From contig CBFFRQ010000017.1 of the NCBI GenBank assembly GCA_965644315.1, positions 1-64,000 of the forward strand: a stretch of DNA of 64,000 nucleotides, written 5' to 3'. This DNA is from Caecitellus pseudoparvulus. Taxonomy: Eukaryota; Protista; Bigyra: Bicosoecida. The notes below the pieces were generated by a model. That model was not told the DNA's origin and made no database searches. It saw nothing but the letters and a program-made list of their open reading frames with translations. Made by a program: the position numbers and the translations under genes. This document shows, one piece after another, positions 45,468-58,705 of this stretch (position 1 is its first letter; every line of letters starts with the position of its first letter).

Positions 45468-48400
45468 CTACATTGCTGCTTGCGCTGCCGCCTGGCAGTT
45501 CTCCACCGCCGCCACCCACGCCTCACGCCCCGCTTGGGACGCCTCCCCACACAGCACGGCCGTGCCGGGAGCGTCACCCGGCCCCCCCGCATCTGTACCC
45601 CCACGCCCCGCCCCTCCGAACTGCACCGTGGACCCGGGGTGCGCCAGGCACCAAGGCACGAGGGGGGCCTCCTCCCCCACCTCGCTGCCTGGCGCGTCGG
45701 TGGCGTGGGGCAGGCTGCCCGGCGCCCCTGGCCAGGCCTCATCCGCCGCAGGGGTCAGCGTGGAGCAGGCGAGGGCAGAGGACAGCGGCAGGACGGCCAG
45801 GGTGGCCGTGTCGTGGTATTCCAGGCGCCACTGTTCTGTGTTGAGACGGAACAGCCGCCGCTGCCAGCGCAGGAGGGGCTGCATGTCCAGCAGACCCCGC
45901 TGCTCCCCAGCTGCAGCGGACGCGGCGGCGTCGGCCAGGGCTGCCTGGTGCTTGCGAGGCACCGCCAGCTTCCACAGCAAGCCCTCCACACGCCCCCCCG
46001 TGAGCAGGTGCCCGATGACTGAGGGCTCGCCTGCCTGTCCCAGCACCTGCTGCGTGATGTCTTGCCGCCCAGCCAGGGCATCGTACGCGCTGCGGCAAGG
46101 CGTGGCGGCGGCCGTGTCGGGGGACACCTCGCCGGGCTGCGCCCCGCCAGCGTCGTCCCATGCCGCCTGCACTGCATCGGCCAGTGGCAGGCTGAGGGTG
46201 GCGGCGGCCTGGGCGGCAGCCTGGGCCAGAGGCATGCCAGCGTACCCAGACGCCACGGCAGAGGCCAGCAGGACGCTGGCCCATCGCAGCGTGTGTGCGT
46301 CGCTCTCGGCTTGCAGGTGCAGGACGTGGGGGCCGCAGGTGATAGTGAGGGTGACGTCACAGTCCTCCCCCCCTGCCTGCAGCACCCCCCTGGCACCCAG
46401 CAGTGAAGCGACGTGGGCAGCAGCGCCAGTGTGCGGCAGTGGGGCTGCGGCCGCCCCCGGCGCGTCAGGAGCCCCCGTCGTTGTGCCTGGTTTGCCCAAT
46501 GGGGACACCAGGTGGGCCATGCCGCAGGCCGGGTCCGCCGTTCCCCCCGTCCGGGAGGGGCGGCCCCCTGCGAGGACACTGCGCACACTGGCACTGGCAG
46601 CGCCTGCCACCCCGCTGCCTCCCGGGTATCGTGGAGGGCGGTGGGGGGTGTGTCCCTGCTCGGCGCGTGCGCTGCCCAGCGGCGGCAGGGCGGTGACAGT
46701 GACCCGGCAGCGGGGCAGCGGCAGCCAGCCCCGCAGCTTCCCCTGTCGGAAGCAGCGAAACGCACGAGGGTGCACAACGCACCAGGCCTGGTGCCAGGCG
46801 GCCTGCTCCAGCTGCTGGCGCGTGGCCGCGTCCAACGGCGCGTCAGCAGGGGGTGGGAAGGGGCTGGGCAGCGGCGCATGTGCCAGCAGCAGCCACCCCG
46901 CCAACACACCGCCAACGCTGTACACCAGGTGGCTGGGCATGCCAAAGGTGGGCAGCACAGGGGAAGGGCTGGCCACGGTGCTGCTGGAGTCACTGCCTGT
47001 GCCGGTGGCGACGGGTGACTCCGCCTCGTCAGGAGGGCGAGGGGGGGGCACCGAGAGGGGGGTGGGGGGCTCACCCTGGGGACTGCTGGTGGTGGATGTG
47101 GGGGTGTGCATGGCTTGAGCGGGGGACGGCGATGCGCCTTGCTCGTCAGCATCCTCTGCAGGGGTGGCAGGGGGCGTCCCCACCCGTGTCTCGCCCTCTC
47201 CCGGCGGGGATACGGGTGTCAGCGGTGCGCCGGCTGCTGGTGCTGGCGCTGCGTGGGGGTGCCCCTCACCTGCCTCGGCAGCCTGCGCCTTGAGGGGGGA
47301 AGGACTGAGATCCAGCTGCACGCTGCCAGAGGGCGGCGGGGGGGATGCTTCCTGCTCTGCTGTGCCCTGTGATGTACTGCCCTGCTTCCTGCCCAGCTCC
47401 AGCAACGCCTCACGCAGCGCACCACACAAGGCAGTCAGGCCTGCCATGGCCGCTTGGCTCCGCTGCAGCGCTTGCTCCTGCTGCTGCACGAGGCTGGTCA
47501 GACGTGCGATCTCAGATCGGGCCGCCGCCAGCCCCCCCTCGTTGGCCTCCACGCCCCCCTGCAGGCGCCGCAGGGCCTCCTCTTGCTCCCCCTCCCGCCC
47601 AGCCCGCACCTGCTGCAGCCGGGTGAGCATGCGCAGCATGTCGGCGTGCTCTGCGACCTCCTCGCTCAGCGCCTCGAAGGCTTCCAGGGAAGGGCCTGTG
47701 GAGCTGCCCTGTCCTGGCGCCGCCTGGCCTGCGCCCGCCTGGGCCGCCTGCGGAGGGGGGCCCGACCCGCCGCCGCCACTGCCCCCCGTGCGCGCCGCGT
47801 GGTCCAGGCGCTTGCCCTCCAGATCCGTCATGAGGTGTTTGCGCTCGCGCTCCCATGCCATGCGGGATGCAGCAATGTCCTGCTCCAGGCCTGCCAGGGC
47901 TGCTCGGTGAGAGGGACGGGAGGTGTACTCAGGGGGTGGCCGGGGACCAGGCGGCCTGCTGCGCCCACTGCTGCTCAGCGACAACTCAGCCGTGCCAGAC
48001 AGCGGGCCTTGCTCCCCCTCGGGCTGCAGGGCGTTCAGGGCGCTGACCATGCTGCCGGAGTGCAGCGGCATGAGCTCAGCAGCGATGCCGCCGCCGTCCT
48101 CCTCCTCCTCACTCTCTGACATGGAGCCAAAGGCGCCCCCACGGCCTCCAGGCGCAGCTGAGGCTGGAGCAGCTGTCCCTGCAGGTGCCACCTGAGGCAT
48201 GCTTGGTGGGGCCACTGGGTGAATGGCACTGAAAAGGGAGAGAGGGCGGGCACTGAAGCATGTCCCATGCAGGCGTTGCACTGGCGTTTCACCACGCACG
48301 GGTCCAGCGCAGCCGCCTCTTGCCTGCGCTGCTGAGCCGCTTGCATGCGCCGCAAATGAATCTGCATCCCCGGTACACTATGAGCTTCTCTGTCGTGCTC

Positions 48401-48602
48401 AGAAGGGCAAAGGGCGTGCTTCAGGGGCCCCGCGGGGCGCTGGGCTGCAGGGCCGTTGCGCGCACCTGTTTCCCTTGATTCTGCCGGCATTGGTTGCGGG
48501 CTCAAACGTGCACTCCTTCAGCTCCTGCTCGTGCCTTGAAACAACCTGCTTCGTCGTGCGTTTGGCTTGCTCCTGCTCCCACCTCCGGTACAGGGAAGCC
48601 AT
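45468..48602 (-). CDS. Coiled-coil protein with two PH domains, 2 short 5' introns
   Basis: PH motifs LHLQAESDAHTLRWASVL and VEGLLWK...WQRRLFRL...REAWVAAV. Two 5' exons (MASLYRRW...ELKECTFEP; EAHSVPG...LDP) splice in frame via GT-AG introns. Confidence 0.7.
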
Positions 48603-49035
48603 CGTTCCCTAGCCCTCCCTCCTTGCCCGCCACTGGTTCACCTCCCAGCTTGCCGCCGCACAAGGACACACCAAAGACTGGACACCAGGGCATGCACACA
48701 CTGCAGTAATGCACTGAAAGCATAAAGGACTTGTACGAGACCCTGCGTCACGGAAATAAATTGATAATCACTTACCACGGAGCTTCGTGGAAAAAGATAG
48801 CACCAAACCTTATCTCTGGTCAGGTTCTCTTCCTGCCTGCCCGGTGGCTGCAATGGAGCTTTCCTATGTGCCGTCAGCTGTGTTGCACCTACGACAAAAA
48901 CCACTCACCACACCCACCTCTACCTCCCAGTGCAATCTAAAGTCCAGCGGACCGCACTTTCGTTGCCTGGCAAGCAGAACTTGCCTTCCTTCTGCGGCAC
49001 TCCAGCGCCTTCGGCGTGACTGAACCTCCCGCATC

Positions 49036-50091
49036 ATGGACACGCTTGGAGCAGCCTTCAATGGCAAGCTGGACCTGCAAGCCCTCCTGAAAGCAGGGGA
49101 CATCTCGGCCGGAACGCAGGACCACCTTGCTCGAGTGTGCGTGAGCGGTGCCCGACAAGGGGCTTCGAGAAGACCGGCGTGTGATGCTTGCGTTTCGGTC
49201 TGGGCTTGTGCAGGTACCTGACTTTGTGCATTGGTCTGGCAGCTTCCAGCGTCGGCGCCTACGTGCACATGCTGACGCACATGGGAGGCATGCTGAGCAG
49301 TCTGGCCGCTTTGGGCCTCACACTGTGGCTTGCTTTCGACGCTGTGAGTGGCGGGCGGCACGTGGCGAGTTTCACCACGCCCCAGTGTGCACTGGCCCCT
49401 TTCGCGCTGACGGCGTGACGCAGGACAAGACGAACACTCTGAAGCGAGTGAGCATCTTCACCGCCTTTTGTTTCGCGAAGGTGCGTGCATGAGTCACGCG
49501 CTGTGCTGCGTGATCGCTGCCCACTGCAGCCAAGTGGCACCCGGCAACGCAGGGCATGAGCGTCGGACCTCTCGTGGCCTACGCCGCGTATGTGGAGCCT
49601 TCCATCATCCTCACCGCCTTCCTGGGAACAGCGACCATCTTCGGCGCCTTCTCCCTCTCGGCTATGCTGTCCAAGCGCCGCTCGCTGCTGTACATCGGAG
49701 CCATCAGCTCGTCCATCCTGTCCATGCTGCTGCTGGGCAGTCTGCTCAGCTTCTTCCTGCCCTGGCAGGTGTTCACGGAGCTGAACCTGTACCTGGGCCT
49801 GGCAGCCTTCATGGGCTACGTCGTGTACGACACGCAGGTCATCATTGAGCGCAGCGAGGCATTGGGGGATGCGCCAAAGGGTGCGTGGTCGGGCTCGCCT
49901 GCCCAGCGTGCTGCTCCGCACACACTCGCTGCCCCTCCCCCCCCCGGCTCACCGCAGACATCGCCATGGACGCCCTGCAGCTGTTCGTGGACTTCCTGGG
50001 CATCTTCGTCCGCCTCCTCATCATCCTCGCCCGCAACTCCCGCAAGAAGCAGGGCAGCCAGGGGGGCAGCAGGCGCCGGGAGCGCAGCTGA
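49036..50091 (+). CDS. BI1: Bax inhibitor-1 (TMBIM6), 4 introns
   Basis: QDHLARV|YLTL, GMSVGPL, IILTAFLGTATIFGAFSLSA, GYVVYDTQVIIE, LQLFVDF..IFVRLLIIL. Confidence 0.93.
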
Positions 50092-50237
50092 GCGACGCTG
50101 CCCAGCGGCGGCAGTTCGCAAAAGGGATCAATTCATGCACGTCACAGATTGACGCCCGTACACACCCGTTGATGTGCGTGTGAGCCCCAGGTGCCTCGTT
50201 GCCTGCACTGTGCCAGTGTCCCCGGCCTGCAGCAACC

Positions 50238-52025
50238 ATGTCCTCGCGAAGCCGTTCCCGGAAGTCCATGTCAGGGTCGCCTTCCAGCCAGCGATCAGCT
50301 GGGAGCATTGAAATCCTGAACAAAGGCAAGGCCAATGGCCGCGTGCAGTTCGAGGTGATCTTGCCAGGAGCCTCCAAGCCGGAATGGTGCGTGACGACAT
50401 TTCCTGATGCTCCTGCTGCCGCAACCCCGTGCAGCACACGGCACGCGCCCCTGACACTGCCCCCGCAGGGTTCTGCGCACGGAGCTCATCGACATGGGTC
50501 ACAAGTCAGCCGTTGCACAGTTTGATCGGGAGCTGCGCGCCGCAGTGGGTGCGTGCCGGCTTCGCTCAAGTGCTGCTGCCGTTGGCGCTGGCCGCGCGCG
50601 TTACGGGCTCAACGCCAGCTGCATCACGCAGCCATCCGCGCACCATCGGACCGGCGCTGCACACGCTCGCGCCCCCCACCTCCCCCTTTTGCAGGCACTG
50701 CAGCTTCCCCTGCTCTCACTTCTCCAGGCAGGGCTCGCAGCCGCGGCAGGGGCCGCAGCCGCAGCCCGTCAGCTTCCCGCTCCCGAGGGCGCAGCCGGTC
50801 ACGCAGTGCCCGGCGTCAGCGCAGCGCCAGCCCCGCCCGCCGCAGCGCCAGCCGCTCTCGCACGCCCAAGCGCAAGTTGGCCTCTGCCTCCAAGAAGAGT
50901 GCCACATCCCCTCGCCGGGCACGGTCTGGCGGGCGCAAGGCTGGCCGCACCACGCCGGCAAAGTCCACGACACCCAGCCGGACACGCAAGGCTGCTGCAG
51001 ATGCAGCCGCCGCCTCAGCCGCCAAGAAAAAGCAAGCTGCCAGCCCCAAGACCCCGGCCAAGCGTGCCGCCACGCCTCCCCAGGCTGCCCCCGCCCCCTC
51101 CACGGCCCGTGCCTCAGCCCCCGCACCAGCTGCACCGGGCGTACCCTTCTCCACCTTCGTCTTCCCAGAGGACGTCGGTGTGTCGCAGGTAGCCATGGCT
51201 GCCTCTGCACAGGGCATGCTGCACAGCGGGCTGGGCTGGGCGCGCGCCATTCTCACGGCTGTGGCAGTGGCCCACACCGTGCAGGGCACGTCCTGGGCGC
51301 CGGAAGGCAGCACCACTGCCTGGGCCGCAGACTCCATCCTGGCTGCGCCCTGGTTCCTGGCAGCCACGCTGTGCACTGCCGTGGGCACGCTGACGGCCGT
51401 TCGCCGCCACTGGCCCGTGGCTGTGCATGTGGAGTATGCGCGCTTCGCCGTCCTGGCCATGCTGATCGCGGCGGCTCTGGGCACAGAGTGGGTGCAGCTG
51501 CCGCCCTCTCTCTCCACCTGGCTGCACCTGCTGTCAGCACTGCCTCTCCTCATCGCCTTCCGCCTGGCCCTCACCGTGGGCCCCAAGGAGTCCACAGGCA
51601 CCTGGCCAAAGGCGGCGTTCGCCAGCCCTGCCGTGGAGGGCGCCGTGGGTGCTATCTTCGCAGCCTTGCTGTACGCCTGTGCTGGCGTGGAGGGCAGCGG
51701 CATCCCCGCTGACCTGGCCTTCACCCTGCCCTCCACCCTGCCTCAGGCCGTGGAGCTGGCTGCCACCCTCCTGCCCCTCCTGGCTCTGGCCATGGGCGTC
51801 ACCCTGGCTGGCAAGCGTGCCTCTGCTCGTGGCTTGGCTGGCGCAGCGGGTGCTGCCATCCTGTTGTCTGGCTGCCTGGTCTGCTCCACTGCACTGCAGG
51901 GGCGATTCCTGGCGTACCTGGACTCCAAGTACATTGGGGCCCTGGTCGCCTTCCTGGCGGCCCTGCCACCCACCTGGCTCACCGCAGCGGGCGTCTGGTG
52001 CCTGGGCTACTCTGTGCTGGCCTGA
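50238..52025 (+). CDS. Chromo-like + RS-rich + multi-pass membrane protein, 2 introns
   Basis: Spliced N-terminus IEILNKGKANGRVQFEVILPGASKPE|WVLRTELIDMGHKSAVAQFD; SRSPSASRSRGRSRS region; about eight hydrophobic segments. Confidence 0.7.
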
Positions 52026-52107
52026 GGGGACCCCGACACGCTGCTGGCATGAATTGACTCGCGCTGCAAACACCACATTACCCGCCCACTTCTTGCCTTC
52101 CTGCGCC

Positions 52108-54967
52108 CTAGATGTCCACTTGCTGCGGCACCGGTTTCCGAAAATGGCGCATGGAGGCCCCCGTGACGCTGGGCTTGAAGGGGGCGTTGGCGCCGTACGG
52201 CTTGGGGATGCCGATGTCGTCGGGGATGTATGCGTTGGGTCGGGGCTCGGCCGTCGTCCGCACGGACGCAGCAGGCATCTCTGCAGCGGCGGCGGACGCC
52301 TCGGCCTCGGCCACCCGCTGTGCGGACGCCTCCATGCGCCGCTGGGTGAGTGTCCAGGCACTGGCAGCCGCCTGGCTGGGGGTGACGCCAGCCTCCGCCC
52401 GCTGTGTCGCCACTGCCACCTCCTCCGCCAAGGCCGCCTTCTCACGCTCCAGGCGCATGGAGGTGGCCTGCAGCATGGACAGCTCCGACATAGCAGCCAT
52501 GCTCTTGCGCGTCAGGCTCTTCAGTCGGGCTTGCAGGGAGCTGGCGGTGACGGCGGAGGCAGCCGCGCCGCCCTCCCCCCCGCGCACCTTGCCCCGCAGC
52601 TTCTGGGTGAGGGTGGACAGCTCCTCCAGCACAAGTTCCTTCTCCAGCAGCTCCTCCCGCTTGCCGTTCAGGCGTTTCTCCAGCACCCCAATCTTCTCCT
52701 CCAACCTGTCAGCGTCGTCGTCCACGCCAGCCAGCGGCTGCCAGCGCTTGGACAAGCTGGGGTTCTCCAGCTCCACACACAGGCGCTCGGAGAGCTCCTT
52801 CTCCTGCTTCAGCGACGCCTGCAGCGACAGCAGCTTCTCAGCCACCTCTGGCAGCGCTGGGAAGCGGCGCTTGACCACTGCAATTTCCCGCATCACCTCC
52901 CGCTGCTTCACGTCCAGCTCGGCCAGGTCCTGCTCCAGGGACGCCAGCGCCTGCGTGCCGCGGCTGAGGGTGCTCTCGTGGATGTTGCTCTTCTCGTACA
53001 GGACGCAGAGCTCGTCGTTGCGGTCGATGAGCTGGATGCCTGTCAAGTTCCGCGCCTCCACAGCGGCCTCGTAACGCCCCTTCAACTCCAGCATGTGCTT
53101 CTCCAGGCCGTCAATGACGCCGTTCAGGCGGTCGATTTTGAGGATCTGCTGCTGCACGTCCCGCTGCCGCTCGGTGTACAGCGCCTTGCACTTGTTGCGG
53201 TCGAATTGCTTCTGGTTGAACTCCTCTGCCGCACGGGCGTGAGCTAGGCGCTCCTTGGCCAGGGCCTTGTCCTTCTCAATGCTCTCGTTCTGCAGGATCT
53301 CCGCTTCATTGTGCAGGATCTTGATGCGTTCCTTCATCTCCGCCAGGGCCTGGGCAGAGGCCTGGATGGCTGACACGTACGTGTTTCGCTCCGACTTGAC
53401 CACGTCGTACAGCTTGGAGAACTGCTTCAACTTCCCCGTGATTTCCTTGGCCTGCTTGGTCAGGTCGGTCAGCTGCAGGGACTTGAGGCTGCTCTCCTCC
53501 CCCGTGGCCTTCTCCTCCCCCGCCATGCGCGCCAGCTCACGCGCCTTGATGTCACGCTGCGCCTTGATGTCAGCCTGCAGGCGGCGCGCAGAAATCTCCT
53601 CCTGCCGCCACGCGTCCCGCTCTGCTTCCAGGGCTGCCTCCTGCTCCAGCACTGCCTTCAGCTGCTCCACGATGGCCAGCTCCCCGCTCTCAGCCAGCAG
53701 CACCTGGTGCACAAAGACGTCCACTTCCTTCTTCACGCTCAGGCGTGCCTCGGAAACGCCTCGCCCCTCGTCCCGTTCAGCCTTCAGCAGGTGATGAGCG
53801 GTGCCGATTTCACCCTCGGCATTGGGAATGAGCGCACGTTGTGCGTTTGCAGCATCCACGCGCCGGCGCAGCTCCTTCTTTGCGCGGTCGTACGCTGCCA
53901 GAGTGGACGCGTGCGTTGCGCGGGCGGTTTTGAGGTCATTGCGGGCGGCCGCCAGCTCCGCCTCCAGAGCCAGCCGGCGCTCCTTCAAGTCACGGCGCTC
54001 GGCTTGCTCTTGGCGAATGCTCTTGTCCAGGGCGGCGATGTCTCGTTCCCGGTCCTCCACGTCGGCTCTGTGGGACTCCATCGCTGCGTCCAACTCGCGT
54101 CGCAGGCGATCACCCTCCTCCTTCTTGGCCATGGCGGCCATGGCAGCCTGGTTGGCCTCCCCAATGCGGCTCAGCAGCTTGGACACCTCTGCCGTCACCT
54201 CCGTGATGGCGGTGCGCACAGAGGAAATCTGCTTGGAGATGCGCTCAGGGTCCTCCGACAGCCGCGCCCACTCCTGCTGCAGTGCACCAAGTTGCTCCTT
54301 GATGGCTGCTGTCTCGGCGTTCACAGCAGCCATGGACGACGCGATGCTGGCCTTGTCGCCGCCCAGGCGATCGAAGCCTTTCTCCACCGCAGCCAGCTCC
54401 TCCTTGTACGCGCTGATGCGCTCCCGCAGCTCCTCCAGCTCCGGCTCCACCAGCCTGGCGTTGTCCGACCTGACGCCCTCCACCATGGTGCGCGTCTGGG
54501 CGAGCCTGCGCTTGGTCTCGGACACCTCGTAGTGCAGCACGCCGTCCTCCTCCTCTGTCTCCTGCACCTCCAGCGACACCTTCTCCTTCTCCTGTGCGAT
54601 GGCCTCCACCTCATCCCCCAGCTTGGTCTGCTCCCCCATCCGAGCGGCCAGCGCTGTCTGATCCTCACGCAGGCTCTGGGACAGGCTCGCAAGCTGCGCA
54701 GCAGCGGCCTGCTCCCGGCTCAGCGTCGCCCGCACCATCTCATGCACCTGGGCATATGTGGATTTCAGCTCTGACACTCTGCGACGGGCGTGCAGTGCAG
54801 CGCACAGTGCAGGGCAATTCGAGCACCTCCGAGCTGAGGTCGCGGCGGACGCACTGTTCATGGCTCAGCGCCTGTGCTGCCAGCTGCGAGTCCAAGATGC
54901 GGAATGCCTTTGACTCTGCTACGTCCTCCGTCACCAAGGCACGGGCCTGGGCGTCCATGGCAGCCAT
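52108..54967 (-). CDS. CCDC146: Flagellar coiled-coil protein CCDC146/MBO2, 1 intron
   Basis: RNLTGIQLIDRNDELCVLYEK and C-terminal TTAEPRPNAYIP..IPKPYG..APFKPS..GASMRHFRKP. Confidence 0.9.
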
Positions 54968-55429
54968 GCCGCACCTGCGGCACGGGTCGTCTGCACTGCC
55001 TGCGTTTCACTCCGAAACGCAAATAGTCCCCGCGTCACAACACTGCTCAGCCCTCGGAACTCTCGCCGGCTGCTTCGGGAGCATGCGTGGATGTGAGCAT
55101 GTGGAGGGCTTCGTGGTTCTTGTTTTGGTCTGGATTTTGGCCCGTGGTGCTGTGGAGCAGAGCTATCCCTGCGAGCCGTCTCAGTCGCTGACACGAAGAT
55201 CAAAATCAAGTCACACACCCGTGGCCACCCCCACACCTTTGTTTGTTCCCGCACTTAGCGTCGGCTGGAGCTGGACTCCCTCTCTGGGGCTGCGCCGGTT
55301 TCGCGGCAAGGCTGCCTCGAGACCGGGCGTGTAGAAACCCCCCTCCCAGCGCCAGAGGCTGCACGTGGCACCTCTGCACTGCGTGTCTTGACAGCACCCT
55401 CTGAGCACCCTGGCTGAGTCTTGCTGACC

Positions 55430-56720
55430 ATGGCAACATGGGCAGATGAGGTGAAAGCCTACCAGGTGCGGCGGCGAGGGGCGACGTCTGTCCAAGTGCA
55501 AACTCCGCACACGACCTCGCTCTCTGACGACAGGCCTCAAAGACCACCATGCAGCCATTCGGGGAGGGAGGAGCACCAAGTTCGGGGCGTGTCAAAGCCA
55601 GTGCCATGGCGGCACGGGAGCGCTCCTTCGACCCCATCCTGCAAGTGCACCGGGACCCGAGCAAGGTGTGTGGCGCAGGCGTGTCTGGAGCGTGGCTTCG
55701 CCTCACCAGCACGCCGCAAGTGTCCTCGTCGCGGCACAGGAATCTGCAGCGCGCGAGAGCACAGCCCAGATCTCCGTCTCCCGTGGGAATCTGGCGAGGC
55801 AGCAGCAGCTGAAGTGGCAGCAGAAGTACGACATCGTGAGCCACAAGGCGCTGACCAGTGACTCGCCAGCGCCGGTGCGGCAACGCACCAGCCACTCCAC
55901 CGGCAGCAAGGCCCAGTACAACATCATTTCAAACGCTCCGAACGGAGGTGCCGTGTCCACGCCTGGCAAGCCCGCCAAGGCCCGGACCCCCACGCACACG
56001 CGCGACTTTAGTATCATCTCCAACCGCTACACGACTGCCCACGAGGAGAAAGAAGCGCTGGACAAGGAGGTGGCCCTGCGCACCGCCGCAGACCGCTTCT
56101 GGCGCACGCGCGAGTTCCACCCTGTGCAGGGCGTGTACTACGACGACGCGGTTGAGGAGCAAGTGGCACAGAGGGAGGCCGAAGTGCTGCCTGCCAAAGC
56201 TGCCCGTGCCGCGGAGCGTGTGCCGCCCACCCTGCGCCGGGCTGAGGGGGCCAACTATGATATTGTCAGCGGCGCGCTGCGCCCCACAGACCTCGCAGCA
56301 GAGGTGGTGGCGCGAGCCGCACGCCCGGGGCGGCGGCAGCACAGGCTGGAGCGAGAGGCGGAGATCAAGGGTTCGCGAGGGGCTGCGGCAGCCACGGCAG
56401 CCACTCGGCAGAGCTGCCGCAAGGCCTCGGCAGCACGCCTCGCTGAGCACGGCAAGGGGTACGATCTCGTGTCGAACCGGCCCTTCAGGGGCGTGGGCGG
56501 CGTGGCCAGTGCTGCTGCAGGGGCAGCAGCTGCCCTCCTGTCTTCGCACGCCGGCGTGGCATCTGGCGGGGCCAGTGGCAACAGTGGCTTTGCCTCCTTC
56601 GCAGTGACTGGGAATTTGAGGCCCCAGCGCTCGCCTGCGCCGGTGGGTGCGGGTGCAGGCTCCATGGCCGCCCTGCGAACCACAGCCTACGACCGCCTCG
56701 TGGCCCAGCGGGGCAGGTGA
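55430..56720 (+). CDS. Hypothetical protein with dispersed (Y/F)(D/N)I(I/V)S repeats, 2 introns
   Basis: Exons MATWADEVKAYQ / ...SFDPILQVHRDPSK / ESAARE...; motifs YDIVSH, YNIISN, FSIISN, YDIVSG, YDLVSN. Confidence 0.7.
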
Positions 56721-56919
56721 ATTGTCTTTGGAATGCATGCACACGTGTGTCGCTGCACGCCGTGCTTTGTGCGGCTGAGAGGGTGGGACCGTGCCGCGCG
56801 ACAGCACAGGTGTGCAGAAGCCTCGCGCTGCCACTCTCCCTGCCTTGCTGAAAGCACACGCTGCGCCCCTCGCCGTTGCCCTTGTGTGTTCTGGCCCATC
56901 CTCCCGCCGCCTCTTCACC

Positions 56920-58705
56920 ATGCACGCTGTCACCCGTGCCGCTGGGGTGCGTCCTGCGCCCTGTCCCCCCCCCCCTGCCCTGCGCCACACTGAACTTCCG
57001 CACCTTCACAGGCCGCCGTCCGCGCTGGCGCCCGCGCCCAGTCCACTGCCGTGGCACCTGCCGCAGGGGCAGCTGGACAGGCGTCCTTCATGGAGAGCAT
57101 GCTGTTCGATGCCCCTCGCCAGAACTCCCTGGATGAGACCTTCCCCGGCGTGCCCGCCATCAGCGGCGAGCTGGCTGCTCCCACCAAGGTGCAGGTCAGC
57201 AAGCTGCCCAACGGCCTGACAGTCGTGTCCCAGGACTCCCATCGTGGTGTAAGTGGCCTTCTCAGCGCCAGCCGTGCGACGCGGGCAGGTGCGGGCTGTT
57301 GGTGGGGAGTTGGGCTGTGTGCTGGCTTGCGCTCTACTTCCGCTCTTCGTGCTTGCAGCGCATCAGCAGCCCACAACGCCCCCCCCGCTCCGCACTGCAC
57401 AGGCATCCACAGTGGGCGTCTACCTGAAGGGTGGCTCTCGCACTGAGACAGGTTCGTCGCCCAGCTCTCCGCCAGGCTTGCTCCACGCGTGCCTCCTCAC
57501 GGGTATTTCGCCGCTGCCCCACCGCTCCCGGCACAGTGCCTGGCACCGCCTTCGCCGCCCAGCAGCTGGCGTTCAAGAGCACCCAGAAGCGCTCTGCCCT
57601 CAAGTTGTTCCGGGACGTGGACGTCGTGGGCGGGGCCTTGTCCGCTGTCGCCGGCCGTGAGACGCTCGCGTACACTGCCTCCGGCACCCGTGACTGCCTG
57701 CCTCTGCTGACCGAGGCGGTGGCCGAGACGCTCACCGCCCCCAAGCTGGACGCGTGGGAGCTGGACGAGAACGCTGCCTGGACTGCTGCGCAGCTGGCCG
57801 CCGCCCAGGCCGCCCCTGGCGCTGCCATCGCGCAGGCCGTGCACGCCGCTGCTTTCGGCGAGGCGTCTCCCCTGGGCAAGGCCCCCGCCACCGCCGGCCA
57901 GGCGGGCGTGGAGGACGTCAAGGCGTACCTGTCTGCACACGTGCAGGGCAAGAACGCCGTCCTGGCAGGCGTGAACGTGGACCACGCTCAGCTGGTCGAG
58001 GCCGGCGACCTCCTGCTGCTGGGCGTGCCTGAGGGTGCCCCCGCCAAGTTCGAGGCAGTGAAGCCACGCGGCGGCGAGTTCATCACCCGCACAGACGCCG
58101 GCGTGACGGAGGTGGGCCTGGGCTTCGCCGTGGCTGGTCTGGACGCCAAGGCCACCCTGGCCCTGCAGGTGCTGCAGGCAGCACTGGGCACGGCGCCCCC
58201 CCCTGGCCTCACCCGCGGCAGCGCCAAGACCCAGATCTCAGACCTGCTGGCCAAGATCAAGGCCGGTGACACCGCCCTGCCCTCTGGTTCCACTGTCTCC
58301 TCAGGCGTGTACACATACTCAGACGCCGCCCTGTTCACCCTGACCGGCGCCACGGCTGGCCAGGCCACCGGTGTCTGGCTGGACACCGTCGTCGCCCTGC
58401 TGAAGGAGGTGGCTGGTGGCAAGCTCACCGACGCCGAGGTGAACAACGCCAAGAAGGTGGCCACCCTCAAGGCTGTGGGCGCCGTGGACGGCATCCACGG
58501 CCTCAGCGCCGACATGGGCGCCCAGCTGGCGCTGACTGGCAAGTACCAGGGTGCAGCCGAGCAGGCAGCCGCCTTCGCAGGTGTAAAGACCGCAGACGTC
58601 GCTGCTGCCGCCAAGTCCGTGCTGGCTGGCACTGTCGGGCTGGCAGCCACGGGCAACGCCGCTGCCCTGCCTCGCTACGACGCCCTGCTCACCAGCCTGC
58701 TGTGA
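56920..58705 (+). CDS. M16 peptidase homologue: MPP alpha / cytochrome bc1 core subunit 2, 3 introns
   Basis: VSKLPNGLTVVS, STVGVYLKGGSRTE, LAFKSTQKRSALKLFRD...GRETLAY. No HxxEH (non-catalytic); Arg-rich presequence. Confidence 0.88.

Noticed and set aside
48768-48900. ACTTACC suggesting a U1 snRNA 5' end
   Set aside because: No U1 stem-loops or Sm site in the right orientation; better explained as a minus-strand splice donor.
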